Part shown: piece after piece, positions 29,050-39,448 of the stretch
How the letters are laid out: every line of letters starts with the position of its first letter
Numbering within the stretch: the first letter of the stretch is position 1
From: Candidatus Bathyarchaeota archaeon
GTDB taxonomy: Archaea; Thermoproteota; Bathyarchaeia; Bathyarchaeales; Bathycorpusculaceae
Length of the DNA: 64,000 nt
Direction of reading: 5' to 3'
NCBI GenBank assembly: GCA_963815095.1
Contig: CAWFFH010000003.1
Coordinates: 192,001 to 256,000, forward strand
The notes under the pieces: generated by a model
The model's database searches: none
What the model was told of the DNA's origin: nothing
Seen by the model: the letters and a program-made list of their open reading frames with translations, nothing else
Position numbers and translations under genes: made by a program

Positions 29050-31926
29050 TTATCTAAACCGTTTGCTAAGCACTTTGCGTTCAGCTTCAAGAACCAACTC
29101 GTAGAACTTGTCTGAAAGCTTGGGTTCTTTCTCCAAAACTCCCAAAATATCTGTTGCTGAAACCCGTCGAGCACTCAACGCCACCGCAGCCGCCTTACCA
29201 TACTTCTGAATCAACTCTGCAGTCTGCTTAGCATGCACCTGCATTTTCTCCTCGTTCTTGCCCAACTTTTCGCCTCGCTTTTCAATTAATGGCAAAGCTT
29301 TCTCTTCCTCAATCTTCAGCATGCCAATTGCAAAAGATCCACACCGCGGACACTTGGGTTTATCGGGCAAGTCTTTTATGCGTATCATTTCCATGTAATC
29401 CCAACAGGCAGTGCAGACAAAGTTGCCCGTCTCGTTTAGCAACCGTGCTTTGGCAGACTCAACTAGAACTGCCCTCATCTGTTCGGGCGGAATAAGGTCA
29501 GTTTTCATACTGACCCGTTCGATGCCTACACGAGCCACAGGCGTAGCGCTGCCACCAGTCTCAACAACCTGCAACCGAACCAAGCCATCACGTAATCGCC
29601 CCAACACCATAACCAATCCATCTCCATCAAGGTCTTTAGAAAAAACCTCCTTGAGACCTTCTTCATAAATGGGGGAACCTTCGAAGCTTGTTATTAATTT
29701 TTGTATACTTACGCTGCCAAAGTCAGCCCACTTTTTGAGAGCTCCAAAACGTCGAGCCACCTGAATAACGCGCCGTTTGAATAACCCAGTCTTCACTGTT
29801 GAGAGTGTTAACGTGTTTCTGATGGCTTGCTCACTCATGCATTGAATCTCTTTCATGACTTCAACTAGTCGCTCGGCAGTCATTGCGCCCATGGTTTGAA
29901 CAAAAACGCGGTAGGGGTCATGCTGAACGATGATGCCGCGACCAAGTTTATCGGATAACACTTGACCTAAAAGTTGAGCCAGAGCACGATTGGTTAGTGA
30001 ACCAAAGTTTGTGTGAAGGATAACAAATTCGCCCCAATCCTCAACCACAATTCGCTTCGGAGTCGGAACAGGAAAACCACTGTTTACCTGCTCCAAGGTC
30101 TCATCTAACGCGTGCCGAATCGTCTCTTGATCGGCAGGATAACGTTCCGAAAGCAATGCACTGATTTGCTCTCCTGAAAATCCGCTTTGAGCCTTCTCTT
30201 CGACAAACCCGCGGATTTCTGCCAGCTCCTGCGCTATTTCATACGGAACGGGGATTTCCTCGCCTATCCAGCTAGGTATCGAGCCTGTGGGGTCGTCAAC
30301 TGGACGAACGTAAACTTTTTCTTCAGTAGCGTGAATTATTTGCCAAGGGCTACCGCGGATGATGAATTTTGTACCAGGCTTACCGTATTCTGCCATGAAG
30401 GCTTCATCTAAAACACCGATGGATGAATCGGTTGATTCGTCAATGACCAGGAACTGTTTTTCCTCAGGAATCATGGATAAATTATCAAAGTAATACTCAA
30501 ACAACGCCTTGGTACGTTGGGGTCTTAGGACAACATGGTCTTCAAACGATGCCCAAGCTAAGCGGGGAAACCGATTATGCATGTACTTTAGGATTTTCTC
30601 GACATCCGCCATAGTCAGGTTTTCGAATGGCGCAGCGTTTTTGCATATCCCTAAAATCTCGTTGAAGGCTAAGCGCCTGTTTTTTAGCAGCAGCCCTGCG
30701 ATTTGATGCGTCAAAACATCATAAGGCTTATCGGGAATCGAAAGTGGCTCCAACTCTTCCCCTAAAGCACGCCTTGCAATGACCAGCGCTTCAAGTGTGT
30801 CGTCGGAATCCATACCGATAATAATTCCCTCAGACAATTTCCCATAAGTATGCCCTGCCCTGCCTACCCGCTGAATCAAACGTGAAACCTGCCTCGGACT
30901 CATATATTGAATAACAAGGTCTATGTGACCAACGTCTATACCAAGTTCTAGGCTGCTGGTAGCGATTAAACCTTTGAGGGCACCTTTTTTGAGTCCCGTT
31001 TCCGCTGCAATACGTGAAGGTTTAGTCAAGGAGCCATGGTGAATTGATATAGGGAAATCGGCATCCCAGACTTTGAAGCGTGAAGCCAAAACCTCCGAAA
31101 CGGAACGGGTGTTGGTGAAGAGAAGCACTGATTTGCGTTTTGTCATGTAGTCGCGGATAATCCGTAACCTTGCAGCAACTTCGGGGTGGGTGTATATTTT
31201 GGAGGCGAATTGGGCGTCTTCTTCGGTTGGCTTAGGATAAATTACCTGTAGCTTCACCATCTTGGCAACGGGAACGCGAATAATTTCGACTTGTCGTTTG
31301 TCACCTACGAGGAAGTGGGCAACTTTGTCGGGACTGCCAACGGTTGCGGATAGGCCGACCATTTGGAAGTCTTTGCCGATTAAATCGCGGATACGTTCCA
31401 GTGCAAGGGACAGTTGGCTTCCGCGTTTACTGTCAGCTAATTCGTGTACTTCATCGATAACAATCCAGCGGAGGCTTTGTAGGCTCTGACGTAATAGCCA
31501 CCCAGTAAGTATGGCTTGAAGGGTCTCGGGCGTGGTAATTAGAATGTCTGGTGGGCATTGGGATTGGCGCGTTCGTTCTTTTGTTTCGGTGTCTCCATGT
31601 CTAACTGCCAATTTAATGTCTAGGTTGTTGCACCACCACTGCATTCGCTCGAGCATATCACGGTTCAGAGCACGAAGCGGTGTGATGTAGAGGACTTTTA
31701 TGCCTGGAGTTTTAGGCAGCTGCATGAGCATGCTCAGTATGGGCAGGAAAGCGGCTTCAGTTTTGCCTGTGGCTGTGGGTGAAATCAATAGGACGTTTTT
31801 GCCTTCAAGAATTTTTGGGATAGTTTTTTCTTGAGGTTCAGTTGGCTTTTGAAATCCCTTCTGTTCAACGAGCCTTCGCACTGGCTTTACAAGCATTTCA
31901 AAAGCGTTTTCAGAAGAAATCTGCAA
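29050..31926 (-). CDS. lhr: Lhr-family DEAD/DEAH-box helicase
   Basis: SPTATGKTE, YITPLRALNRD, IIDEVHEL, GLSAT, HHGSL, TSSLELGID, QRVGRAGH, C-terminal CxxC..CPRC. Confidence 0.93.
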   Translation of the reverse strand: MQISSENAFEMLVKPVRRLVEQKGFQKPTEPQEKTIPKILEGKNVLLISPTATGKTEAAFLPILSMLMQLPKTPGIKVLYITPLRALNRDMLERMQWWCNNLDIKLAVRHGDTETKERTRQSQCPPDILITTPETLQAILTGWLLRQSLQSLRWIVIDEVHELADSKRGSQLSLALERIRDLIGKDFQMVGLSATVGSPDKVAHFLVGDKRQVEIIRVPVAKMVKLQVIYPKPTEEDAQFASKIYTHPEVAARLRIIRDYMTKRKSVLLFTNTRSVSEVLASRFKVWDADFPISIHHGSLTKPSRIAAETGLKKGALKGLIATSSLELGIDVGHIDLVIQYMSPRQVSRLIQRVGRAGHTYGKLSEGIIIGMDSDDTLEALVIARRALGEELEPLSIPDKPYDVLTHQIAGLLLKNRRLAFNEILGICKNAAPFENLTMADVEKILKYMHNRFPRLAWASFEDHVVLRPQRTKALFEYYFDNLSMIPEEKQFLVIDESTDSSIGVLDEAFMAEYGKPGTKFIIRGSPWQIIHATEEKVYVRPVDDPTGSIPSWIGEEIPVPYEIAQELAEIRGFVEEKAQSGFSGEQISALLSERYPADQETIRHALDETLEQVNSGFPVPTPKRIVVEDWGEFVILHTNFGSLTNRALAQLLGQVLSDKLGRGIIVQHDPYRVFVQTMGAMTAERLVEVMKEIQCMSEQAIRNTLTLSTVKTGLFKRRVIQVARRFGALKKWADFGSVSIQKLITSFEGSPIYEEGLKEVFSKDLDGDGLVMVLGRLRDGLVRLQVVETGGSATPVARVGIERVSMKTDLIPPEQMRAVLVESAKARLLNETGNFVCTACWDYMEMIRIKDLPDKPKCPRCGSFAIGMLKIEEEKALPLIEKRGEKLGKNEEKMQVHAKQTAELIQKYGKAAAVALSARRVSATDILGVLEKEPKLSDKFYELVLEAERKVLSKRFR

Positions 31927-32232
31927 ATAAAGTGAACCTCAACTTTAGAGAATAGCGAGGATTGTGCTTTAAAAAAGGTTGGGGCAGAAATTGAACATTA
32001 ACCGGGAATTTTGGCATTATTTTGATTGATTGAGATTTAATGGTATTTTTTTAGATAAATATCTAGGCACTCAAGCGGTGTTTTTTGACATATCCACAAT
32101 AATACCTTCACGCCTTTGACAAGAAAATGTTTAATTTTGATGGTAAGAAGAAAAATATCTATGGAAAAACTACGATAACTTTTTTATCTTATCAGCCTAA
32201 ACCATGCAACATAACATTGGAGGATAAACTAC

Positions 32233-32403
32233 ATGGCTAAATGTCCAAAATGCGGAACCGAAGTAGCAAAGCCAAAGAAAACTTGGAAAATGGCAGGCCG
32301 ACCAGATAAAGCTGGCAAACGCATGCAACTAGAAATCGGACTCTACGAATGCCCAAAATGTGGCAACGTATTCCGCGAAGTACTAAGTAAACAAAAAATC
32401 TAA
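32233..32403 (+). CDS. Cren7-like zinc-ribbon chromatin protein, 56 aa
   Basis: Missed by the track: MAKCPKCGTEVAKPKKTWKMAGRPDKAGKRMQLEIGLYECPKCGNVFREVLSKQKI*; GGAGGA RBS; PxKxWx(L/M)...IGL(Y/F)...G..FR pattern of Cren7; T-rich terminator follows. Confidence 0.8.
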   Translation: MAKCPKCGTEVAKPKKTWKMAGRPDKAGKRMQLEIGLYECPKCGNVFREVLSKQKI

Positions 32404-32510
32404 ACAACGCAATCTAACCAAAATTAGTTGCGCTCTATTTTTTCTTTTTTTAGAACAGCGGTAGTTTTAAAACCAAGCGCTTGCTATCAACTGATATATG
32501 GGTTCGGCAG

Positions 32511-33145
32511 ATGGCAAAAAAAGCGGTTGATTTAAAGAAACTTCGGAACAACAATTATTTTAAAACTGCAATCGCCATCGCCTTGGTTGTAGCCATCATT
32601 GGAGAATTCTTTTTTGGTATGCAACTGGTTCTTGGGACTAATGTTCCAATTAGGGTAATAGAAAGCAGGAGCATGTGTGTGATCAACAATAGCAACTGCG
32701 ACGGCTGGAACCATCCTTTTGATCAGGCGTTACACTTAGGGGACATAATTATTATTCAGCAAGTAAATTCTGCCGATTTAAATATAAACTATCCCAACAG
32801 CGACATCATAGTCTACAAGAATCCCAACTTAGTCACACCCATCGTTCACCGAATAGTTTCAGCAGAAAACATTAACGGTACAATGTATTTCAAAACGAAG
32901 GGTGACGGCAATGGACTAGGCCGGCAGATACCAACGATTACGATAACATTCCAGATGCAAGAGGAGTTCCACAAAACCTCGTAGAAGGAAAAGTTATTTT
33001 GCGGATTCCATGGTTTGGATGGATTTCGCTATTTGTGAGGGGCAATTCTTGGGTTTTGCCCGTAGCCATGGCTTTGATTGTAATGTTTGCGTTTGTTCTT
33101 TCTATGGTTAAAGCTAAAAGAAAGAACCTGCGCACAGCAAAATAA
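32511..33145 (+). pseudogene. Signal peptidase I (S26B), frameshifted near 32915
   Basis: VIESRSM (usual motif SGSM), GDIIII, IVHRI, TKGDGN; C-terminus VEGKVILRIPWFGWI + TM + stop at 33145 lies in another frame. Confidence 0.78.
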
Positions 33146-33230
33146 AAAAAGCTAGCTATAGATGTATTTATAAAGAAAGCCTTGATAAATGAACATTCAA
33201 GAAAGGCGATAGAGCCGAGGGAAAAACTGT

Positions 33231-33791
33231 TTGCCAAAAGTTAAAGCTACATTACGCATTGAAAACGTGGTCGCTTCTGCAACACTTAACCAAAAAGTCG
33301 ATTTAAACGCTGTCGTTAAAGGTTACCCGGGCGTAGAATATCGTCCTGAACAATTTCCAGGCTTAGTTTTTCGCTTAAAACGCCCAAAAACTGCAACTTT
33401 GATTTTTAGTTCCGGAAAAATGGTATGCACGGGCGCGAAGTCAGAGAAGGAAGCGCGTCGAGCGGTAACGAAAGTTGTGAAGGAGCTCAAGAAGGGCGGC
33501 ATAATAATAATCAGCAAGCCTGAACTCAAAATCCAAAACATCGTGGCTTCAGGCATTTTAGGCGGAATGATTGATCTAGAAAAAGCGGCTTATACCATGG
33601 ATCACGCTATGTATGAGCCAGAACAGTTTCCAGGCTTAATCTACCGCATGGTGGAGCCTAAAGTTGTGATTCTTCTTTTTGCAAGCGGCAAACTTGTTTG
33701 CACAGGTGGCAAAAAAGAACAGGATGTTTACGATGCTGTGGAAAAATTGCATTCGCTACTTGAAGAAACCCGCCTAATTTTCTACGAATAA
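33231..33791 (+). CDS. tbp: TATA-box binding protein
   Basis: Two repeats IENVVAS..YRPEQFPGLVFR..LIFSSGKMVCTGAK / IQNIVAS..YEPEQFPGLIYR..LLFASGKLVCTG. Confidence 0.98.
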   Translation: MPKVKATLRIENVVASATLNQKVDLNAVVKGYPGVEYRPEQFPGLVFRLKRPKTATLIFSSGKMVCTGAKSEKEARRAVTKVVKELKKGGIIIISKPELKIQNIVASGILGGMIDLEKAAYTMDHAMYEPEQFPGLIYRMVEPKVVILLFASGKLVCTGGKKEQDVYDAVEKLHSLLEETRLIFYE

Positions 33792-33797
33792 CCCCAA

Positions 33798-34427
33798 CTA
33801 ACGTTTCTTTACCTGTTTCAATATCGTTTTCAGGCTTTCTTTATCAATTGCACCCATTTCGAAGAGTGTGTTGGCTATTTCACTTATCTTTAGCAGTGCA
33901 TGCAGTTTTATTCCGTTTTTCTCCAGCAGTTCTTTTCCGCCTTCTTCACGATCCAAGAAAACAACAGCTTCCGTTACAACTCCACCTTCAGCTCTCACAG
34001 CATCCGCAGCTTTTTTGAGCGTTAAGCCAGTGGTAAGCAAATCGTCAATTAGCAAAACCTTGTCTCCTGAAGACAAGACTCCTTCTACTCTGCGTTCTCT
34101 GCCGCGCAGTCGGATGCCTTTGCGCACGTAAAGGAAAGGTTTCTTGAGGTTGTATGCGATTTGGGACGCGAAGGGGATTCCTGTGAGGGGTATGGCTGCG
34201 ACGCGGTCGAAGTTTTTTAGTCCAATTTGACCGTTTATGTATTGCGCGTAGGATTCGCAGATCTCTCGGAAAGCATCTGGGAAGCTGGGAATTACTCTAA
34301 GGTCAACGTAGTAGGGGCTTGCTTTTCTGTTGGTGAGTTTGAAGACACCGAATTTTATGGCGTCGAGTTTGAAGAGTATGTTTGCCATTCGCTCTTTAGG
34401 GGTTAAATTTGCGGTGTTAGTTTTCAT
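33798..34427 (-). CDS. pyrE: Orotate phosphoribosyltransferase
   Basis: FGVFKLT..SPYYVDLR, FLYVRK, LLIDDLLTTGLT, FLDREEGG. Confidence 0.9.
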   Translation of the reverse strand: MKTNTANLTPKERMANILFKLDAIKFGVFKLTNRKASPYYVDLRVIPSFPDAFREICESYAQYINGQIGLKNFDRVAAIPLTGIPFASQIAYNLKKPFLYVRKGIRLRGRERRVEGVLSSGDKVLLIDDLLTTGLTLKKAADAVRAEGGVVTEAVVFLDREEGGKELLEKNGIKLHALLKISEIANTLFEMGAIDKESLKTILKQVKKR

Positions 34428-35137
34428 GTTTTTATTTCCCTCTTTGAAACTTGATAGATTTTGTTCTGTTCAGGAATCAAGCATGCGGTTCTTGGGAGCT
34501 CCTTTTTTAAGAGTTCAGCAAACTCTTTTTGGCTTGCAACCGTGGCTGTGTGGTAGGGCACTGCAATTTGTGGTTTAGTTAACCATGCAATCTCAAAACC
34601 CGTCTGTGGTGAAGCGCTTGGAGCGATCCCTACGGTGCAGAAAACCAAGTCAAAATTTTCCTTTTGAGCAAGTTTAGCCATTTCTGGAAAAGGTAAACTA
34701 TCTGCAGTATGATAAACTTTCATGTTGTCTTCACTGGTTATGATGTATGTAACTGGAGCTTGGGCTGGGTGGTTGCTTTTTTCTGCTTTGACTGAGACTT
34801 CGCCAATTTTGATTTCCATGCCAGGTTTGATTTCTTGAAGTTTATCGCCTGGGAGGGCAAGTTGTAGTTTTTTGGTTGAGGCGGAGTCCGCAATTATGGT
34901 GCAGCCGGTTACTTTCTGGATTCCGATAATTAGTGGCGGGTCGAGGTGGTCGTAGTGTTCGTGAGTGATTAGGATAGCGTCTACGTTTTGGAGTTTTTTG
35001 ACTTTGACGTCAACAGGGTCGATGACAAGTGTTTTAGACGGCGTTTTCAGCATTATTCCAGCGTAGTTGTTGAGCCAAACGAAAAGTATGCTGTTTTTTT
35101 CGGGCGTCTTCTGAATGGACATAACTCGATTCCTCAC
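34424..35137 (-). CDS. Metallo-beta-lactamase fold hydrolase
   Basis: LVIDP, ITHEHYDHLD, VYHTADS, AVPYH. Confidence 0.88.
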   Translation of the reverse strand: MRNRVMSIQKTPEKNSILFVWLNNYAGIMLKTPSKTLVIDPVDVKVKKLQNVDAILITHEHYDHLDPPLIIGIQKVTGCTIIADSASTKKLQLALPGDKLQEIKPGMEIKIGEVSVKAEKSNHPAQAPVTYIITSEDNMKVYHTADSLPFPEMAKLAQKENFDLVFCTVGIAPSASPQTGFEIAWLTKPQIAVPYHTATVASQKEFAELLKKELPRTACLIPEQNKIYQVSKREIKT

Positions 35138-35401
35138 AAATAACTATGCTATGACCGTTTTAAAGAAGTTATGCATCAACCGCGAGTACACTTTGCTTTA
35201 GGATTATTTCTGGTTTTTGTTGCAACCGGTGTGCAGAATGCAGGTGCAACAACAACTTCTATCACTCGTTGGTCTTCAGCTCTGAAGTTGAATAGTGGTT
35301 TTTGTATTTTTAGTAGATGCAACAGTTGATTTGCAGAATCGGGTTGCAGCAGCAACTTCTCTGTCTGCTTTTGCAGAAATAGAACAAACCAAAAAAGCAA
35401 A

Positions 35402-37243
35402 TTATTTTTTGGGAGTTTTAGTGGGTTCTTTCTTTTCTGGCTTTGCTTCCATTTTTTCGGGTCTGGTTGTTTTTGTGTAGTAGTATTCACCGATGTCTTT
35501 TTGGAATTTATCCATCTGTGAGTCTTCTTTGTTTACTCGGGGGCGGTAAGTGACTGAGTCTCGTCGAAAAGTAATGTCCATTTCTTTGAGGAAAGTATTC
35601 ATGCCTTGCCTTAGGCTAGTTGGCGGATGTGCCAAGCCAGAAACGCCTGGTTCACCATTAAAAACCATCAAGCGGTCGGCGATAAAGTCTTGAGTAACTA
35701 CGTCATGTTCAACGACGAAGGCTGGGATACTGTGGGCTTCTACAACCCGCCGCAATGTTTTTGCCACGTTTAAACGTTCTTCAACGTCAAGGTACGCGCT
35801 TGGCTCGTCAAGCAAAAACAGGTCTGTTTTGCGGCTAAGACATGCTGCGATAGCGACTTTTTGGAGTTCTCCACCGCTGAGCTCCATGACGTTTTTGTCC
35901 ATTAGAACTTGAAGACGTAGAGGTTGGGCAATTTCAGTTTTGTACCAGCTTGAGGTAAAGTTTTCTTTTGCAACATTCATCAAAAGTTCTTGAACGGTGC
36001 CTGCAAAGTCTGGAGCGATGTATTGAGGTTTGTAGCTTACCGTCAGCTTGCTTAGTTGACGTTTATCATCTGTTTCATCTAAACCTGCTAAAATCTTGAC
36101 AAAAGTGGTTTTTCCAATCCCGTTAGGTCCAAGAATGCCAATGATTTCGCCAGTCCGTATTTCGCCGGGTTCGATTGCAAGTTTGAAGCCTTTGAAGGTT
36201 TTCTCCATCTTGTCCCACTTGAGCAGAGGTTCGCCTACCATTTCTCCCGCATTGGGCGGTTTCTCGTGGAATACAATGGCTTCTTTTCGGAACATAATGT
36301 TCTCATCTGGGATGAAACCTTGTAAGTAAATGTTAATTCCAGTTCGGACGCCATGAGTATGTGAGACAACTCCGTAGACACTTGGTTCACCGTAGAAGAC
36401 GCAAATCTGGTCAGATAAGTAGTCGATAATAGCTAAGTCATGCTCAGCCACAACTATTGTTTTTTGTTGTTCTTTGAGGCTACGGATGGCTCGGGCAACC
36501 ACAAGTCGCTGCTTAACATCTAAGTAGCTGGAAGGCTCATCGAAAAGGTATACATCGGCTTCGCGACTTAGCGCCGCCGCAACCGCTACACGCTGCAATT
36601 CCCCGCCACTGAGTACGTCAAGGGGTCTGTCCCAAATCTTTTTGAGTTCTAACTCCTCGGCGATGGCATCAAGCTGTTTGCGTTCATCGACTTTTTCAAG
36701 GAGCTCGCCAGCTTTGCCTGAAACTGCCTTGGGAATTTTGTCCACATATTGGGGTTTGCTGCTGACTTTGAGTTTTTTCTCACTTAGTTTTTGGAAGTAA
36801 TCTTGAAGGCTGGAACCCCGATAGTATTGGATGATTTCTGGCCATTCTGGCGGGTCGTCGAATCGGCCAAGGTTGGGTTTGATTTCGCCTGAAAAAATCT
36901 TCAGTGTAGTGCTTTTTCCAATCCCGTTTTGGCCCAGCAACCCTAAAACTGTTCCCGGCGAAGGCATAGGTAAGCGGAAGAGTTTGAAGCTGTTTTCGCC
37001 GAAGCGGTGGCTGCAGTCTTTTTCCAGCTCATCAGGCAGGTTAACGATGTTAATGGCTTTGAAGGGGCATTTTTTGACGCATATCCCGCAACCGCTGCAA
37101 AGTGTTTCGGCTATGATGGCTTTAGACCCCTCAACCCGTATGGCTTCCACTCTGCTACGTACCATTGGACAGAAGCTAACACAGAGTGAGTTACATTTTT
37201 TGACTTTGCACTTATCTTCATTTAATACGGCGATTCTGGTCAT
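35402..37243 (-). CDS. Ribosome recycling ATPase ABCE1/RLI
   Basis: N-terminal Fe-S domain (CSGCGICVKKCPF); two ABC domains (GQNGIGKST, GPNGIGKTT, LSGGELQ, DEPS); TFRRD..RPRVNK. Confidence 0.97.
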   Translation of the reverse strand: MTRIAVLNEDKCKVKKCNSLCVSFCPMVRSRVEAIRVEGSKAIIAETLCSGCGICVKKCPFKAINIVNLPDELEKDCSHRFGENSFKLFRLPMPSPGTVLGLLGQNGIGKSTTLKIFSGEIKPNLGRFDDPPEWPEIIQYYRGSSLQDYFQKLSEKKLKVSSKPQYVDKIPKAVSGKAGELLEKVDERKQLDAIAEELELKKIWDRPLDVLSGGELQRVAVAAALSREADVYLFDEPSSYLDVKQRLVVARAIRSLKEQQKTIVVAEHDLAIIDYLSDQICVFYGEPSVYGVVSHTHGVRTGINIYLQGFIPDENIMFRKEAIVFHEKPPNAGEMVGEPLLKWDKMEKTFKGFKLAIEPGEIRTGEIIGILGPNGIGKTTFVKILAGLDETDDKRQLSKLTVSYKPQYIAPDFAGTVQELLMNVAKENFTSSWYKTEIAQPLRLQVLMDKNVMELSGGELQKVAIAACLSRKTDLFLLDEPSAYLDVEERLNVAKTLRRVVEAHSIPAFVVEHDVVTQDFIADRLMVFNGEPGVSGLAHPPTSLRQGMNTFLKEMDITFRRDSVTYRPRVNKEDSQMDKFQKDIGEYYYTKTTRPEKMEAKPEKKEPTKTPKK

Positions 37244-37419
37244 AGTTGGCGTCGCTTAATGATGCCTACAAGATAGTTATAAATGTAAACCTCAAGGAAA
37301 AAAGAAACACAAAAAGGCGAAAAGGTTTTTTCATCGGTTTAGAAAATGAACCTCAAAATTATGGGGAAAAATTCAAACTTAAAAGAAAAATATACAAAAG
37401 TGCGGTTTTGGCGTTTAAT

Positions 37420-37491
37420 TTACCATTCTTCTTCTTCCCATTCTTCATCTTCGCCTTCTTCCCATTCATCTTCTTCTTCTCTGAATATCAA
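37420..37491 (-). CDS. Putative 23-aa acidic Trp-repeat micropeptide
   Basis: MIFREEEDEWEEGEDEEWEEEEW*; TTG start 9 nt after a GAGGTGA Shine-Dalgarno (37501-37507). Confidence 0.65.
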   Translation of the reverse strand: MIFREEEDEWEEGEDEEWEEEEW

Positions 37492-37699
37492 GTGTTTTTT
37501 TCACCTCACAAATTCTCGTATAAGCTACCCTATCCTAAGCGAGGTTTAAGCATTTAGATTCGTCAAATGACGTTAATTCCAGACCAAAGTCTTGGATTAA
37601 AACATGAATGTGCAAGGATTTTTCTACAAAATTCTACAATTTTTGTGGAGTAATCTTTTATACAAACTCAAGCAAATACGATTTCAAGAAGGAGTTGAA

Positions 37700-38269
37700 A
37701 TGAGAAAAATATTCAAAATAATCCTTGCAATAGTCGCAATACTAATAATCGTTGTAGTAGCCGTTGGAGCTATAATACTCTTAGATGTGGCTGCTTACAC
37801 GGCAACTGGATCAAAAACCCTAACGCCGAGAGATACTCCTGCGGGAAAGGCCATCGTAATCTATGACCCTGGACTGTCAGGAACCTCAAAAACTGTTGCA
37901 ACCCAAATCGCCACTGACTTACAAACCCAAAACTACCAGGTCACATTGGCAGGCATAAAAAGTTCAGCCGCAGCAGACGTTGCAGGCTATAAAATCATCA
38001 TTGTCGGAGGACCAGTATACGCAGGCGCCCTAACCAGTTCAGTAAAAGACACTCTCAGCAGCTTAGATAGTTTACATGTTCAAGGAACCAAAATCGGTGT
38101 TTTCGGAAGCGGACAAGGCGCAACCTCACAAGATGACATAAATCAACTCAAACAATCAATGCCGACAGGTTCAGACAACACTTTATCGGAAGCAGTTGTC
38201 GTTAAGATCGGAAGCAGCGAAGACCTCAACATACGAGCCCAAGACTTCGTAAATCAGCTGCTACAATAA
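37700..38269 (+). CDS. Membrane-anchored flavodoxin-like protein
   Basis: N-terminal TM helix; AIVIYDPGLSGTSKTVA, IIIVGGPVYAG, IGVFGSG; start ATG 37700 after GGAG. Confidence 0.75.
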   Translation: MRKIFKIILAIVAILIIVVVAVGAIILLDVAAYTATGSKTLTPRDTPAGKAIVIYDPGLSGTSKTVATQIATDLQTQNYQVTLAGIKSSAAADVAGYKIIIVGGPVYAGALTSSVKDTLSSLDSLHVQGTKIGVFGSGQGATSQDDINQLKQSMPTGSDNTLSEAVVVKIGSSEDLNIRAQDFVNQLLQ

Positions 38270-38772
38270 AATCATCAAAATTTAACTTTAACTTTTTTCT
38301 TTTTGTTGATTTTACTAATCAAAATAGATAAATCTGCACAAACAACATTAAAGTGGGAATGATGTAAGGCGACGGCTTTGAGCCTAAAGCTGTGAGAGAT
38401 CGTCTATCAACACTGACCCAAAACCATTTGCCCGAAAAAATCGACACTTTAGCTTTTGGTTCTACATTTAACCTAGATCAAAGTTTTTTTGCCGAAGTTT
38501 GTGGTTCGTTGCGCAACCTGTTGCAGTTTAATCCAGAAGCAGAACACGAAAAACGGTCGGCAAAATTGATTGCAGGTTATTGTTGTGTATAGGGACTCTG
38601 TCAACAACAACTATACAAAAGCAAACAACCCCATTAATTTTGATCGGCCGATAAAGGAGGGGGAGATGCATTAAGCAGCAGGCTTTTTCAAGTCAATTAT
38701 TTTGCCTTGAACGCTTATGGTAGATAAAAATCCTCAACGCCTCTCCCACATAAACGATGACTCTAGAGCGGC

Positions 38773-39102
38773 TTATTTTTTTCGGTTATTGCATTGAAGC
38801 ACTTTGGGGCAAATCAAGCATTCATCAGTACTTCCTGAGGGAGTATTGAGCAGCCCGCTGAAGTGAGCGCATTTGGCGGGGGAATCAAAAACCATCGGGT
38901 ACTCAGTTGCCCTGACACCCACAATTTTTTCTTTGACGGTTTCAAGTTCCAATCGGGACATGCAGAATGGGCAGGCATAATGCGTTTGGCGTGGAAGCAC
39001 AGAGTCATCTGTAATCATAGTGGGCCTATCAAAGTGCTTTTCGCAGCCTTTGTAGGGGCACTGAAGCTTGTCGTTGGAACCGTTGGAGTGGAAAAGACGC
39101 AT
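38773..39102 (-). CDS. Hypothetical zinc-finger protein
   Basis: CPYKGC, HYACPFC, CAH, CLICPKVLQC; start MRLFHS at 39102 preferred. Confidence 0.7.
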   Translation of the reverse strand: MRLFHSNGSNDKLQCPYKGCEKHFDRPTMITDDSVLPRQTHYACPFCMSRLELETVKEKIVGVRATEYPMVFDSPAKCAHFSGLLNTPSGSTDECLICPKVLQCNNRKK

Positions 39103-39448
39103 ACTGCTCAGCCTTGAAAAAGTTGGTGTCGTAACATTTAATAAACCTTGCCAGAAAGACCCAAAAAGTGATAGGCGTACAACACAACGACAAAAACAAA
39201 AATCGTATAGTTTGTTCAAATGTTACAAGTTTTTAATATCTACTTACACGTTCGCACACATTTACAACCATGAGATTAGCAATCTTCAAGATTTTCATAA
39301 TAATTATGAATCAAATCACAATCAAGCTTGTGCCATATTATAATTAATAAATATTAAATCAAGGCGAGAAAAAATGGAAAAAATGTTACTGCCAAAAAAA
39401 AGTTTCTGCTAAAAGATATAGTGTATTTCCTGCGCGTATAAATCTAGA

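Noticed and set aside
35176-35490. 104-aa ORF downstream of ABCE1
   Set aside because: Overlaps the ABCE1 3' end in another frame, has no RBS or recognisable motif.
37246-37557. Plus-strand Phe-rich and Ser-rich ORFs
   Set aside because: Antisense shadows of the GAA-rich acidic peptide gene, which has the SD sequence.
38359-38592. 66-aa ORF preceded by ATG ATG TAA
   Set aside because: No recognisable homology or RBS; cannot distinguish a remnant from a chance ORF.
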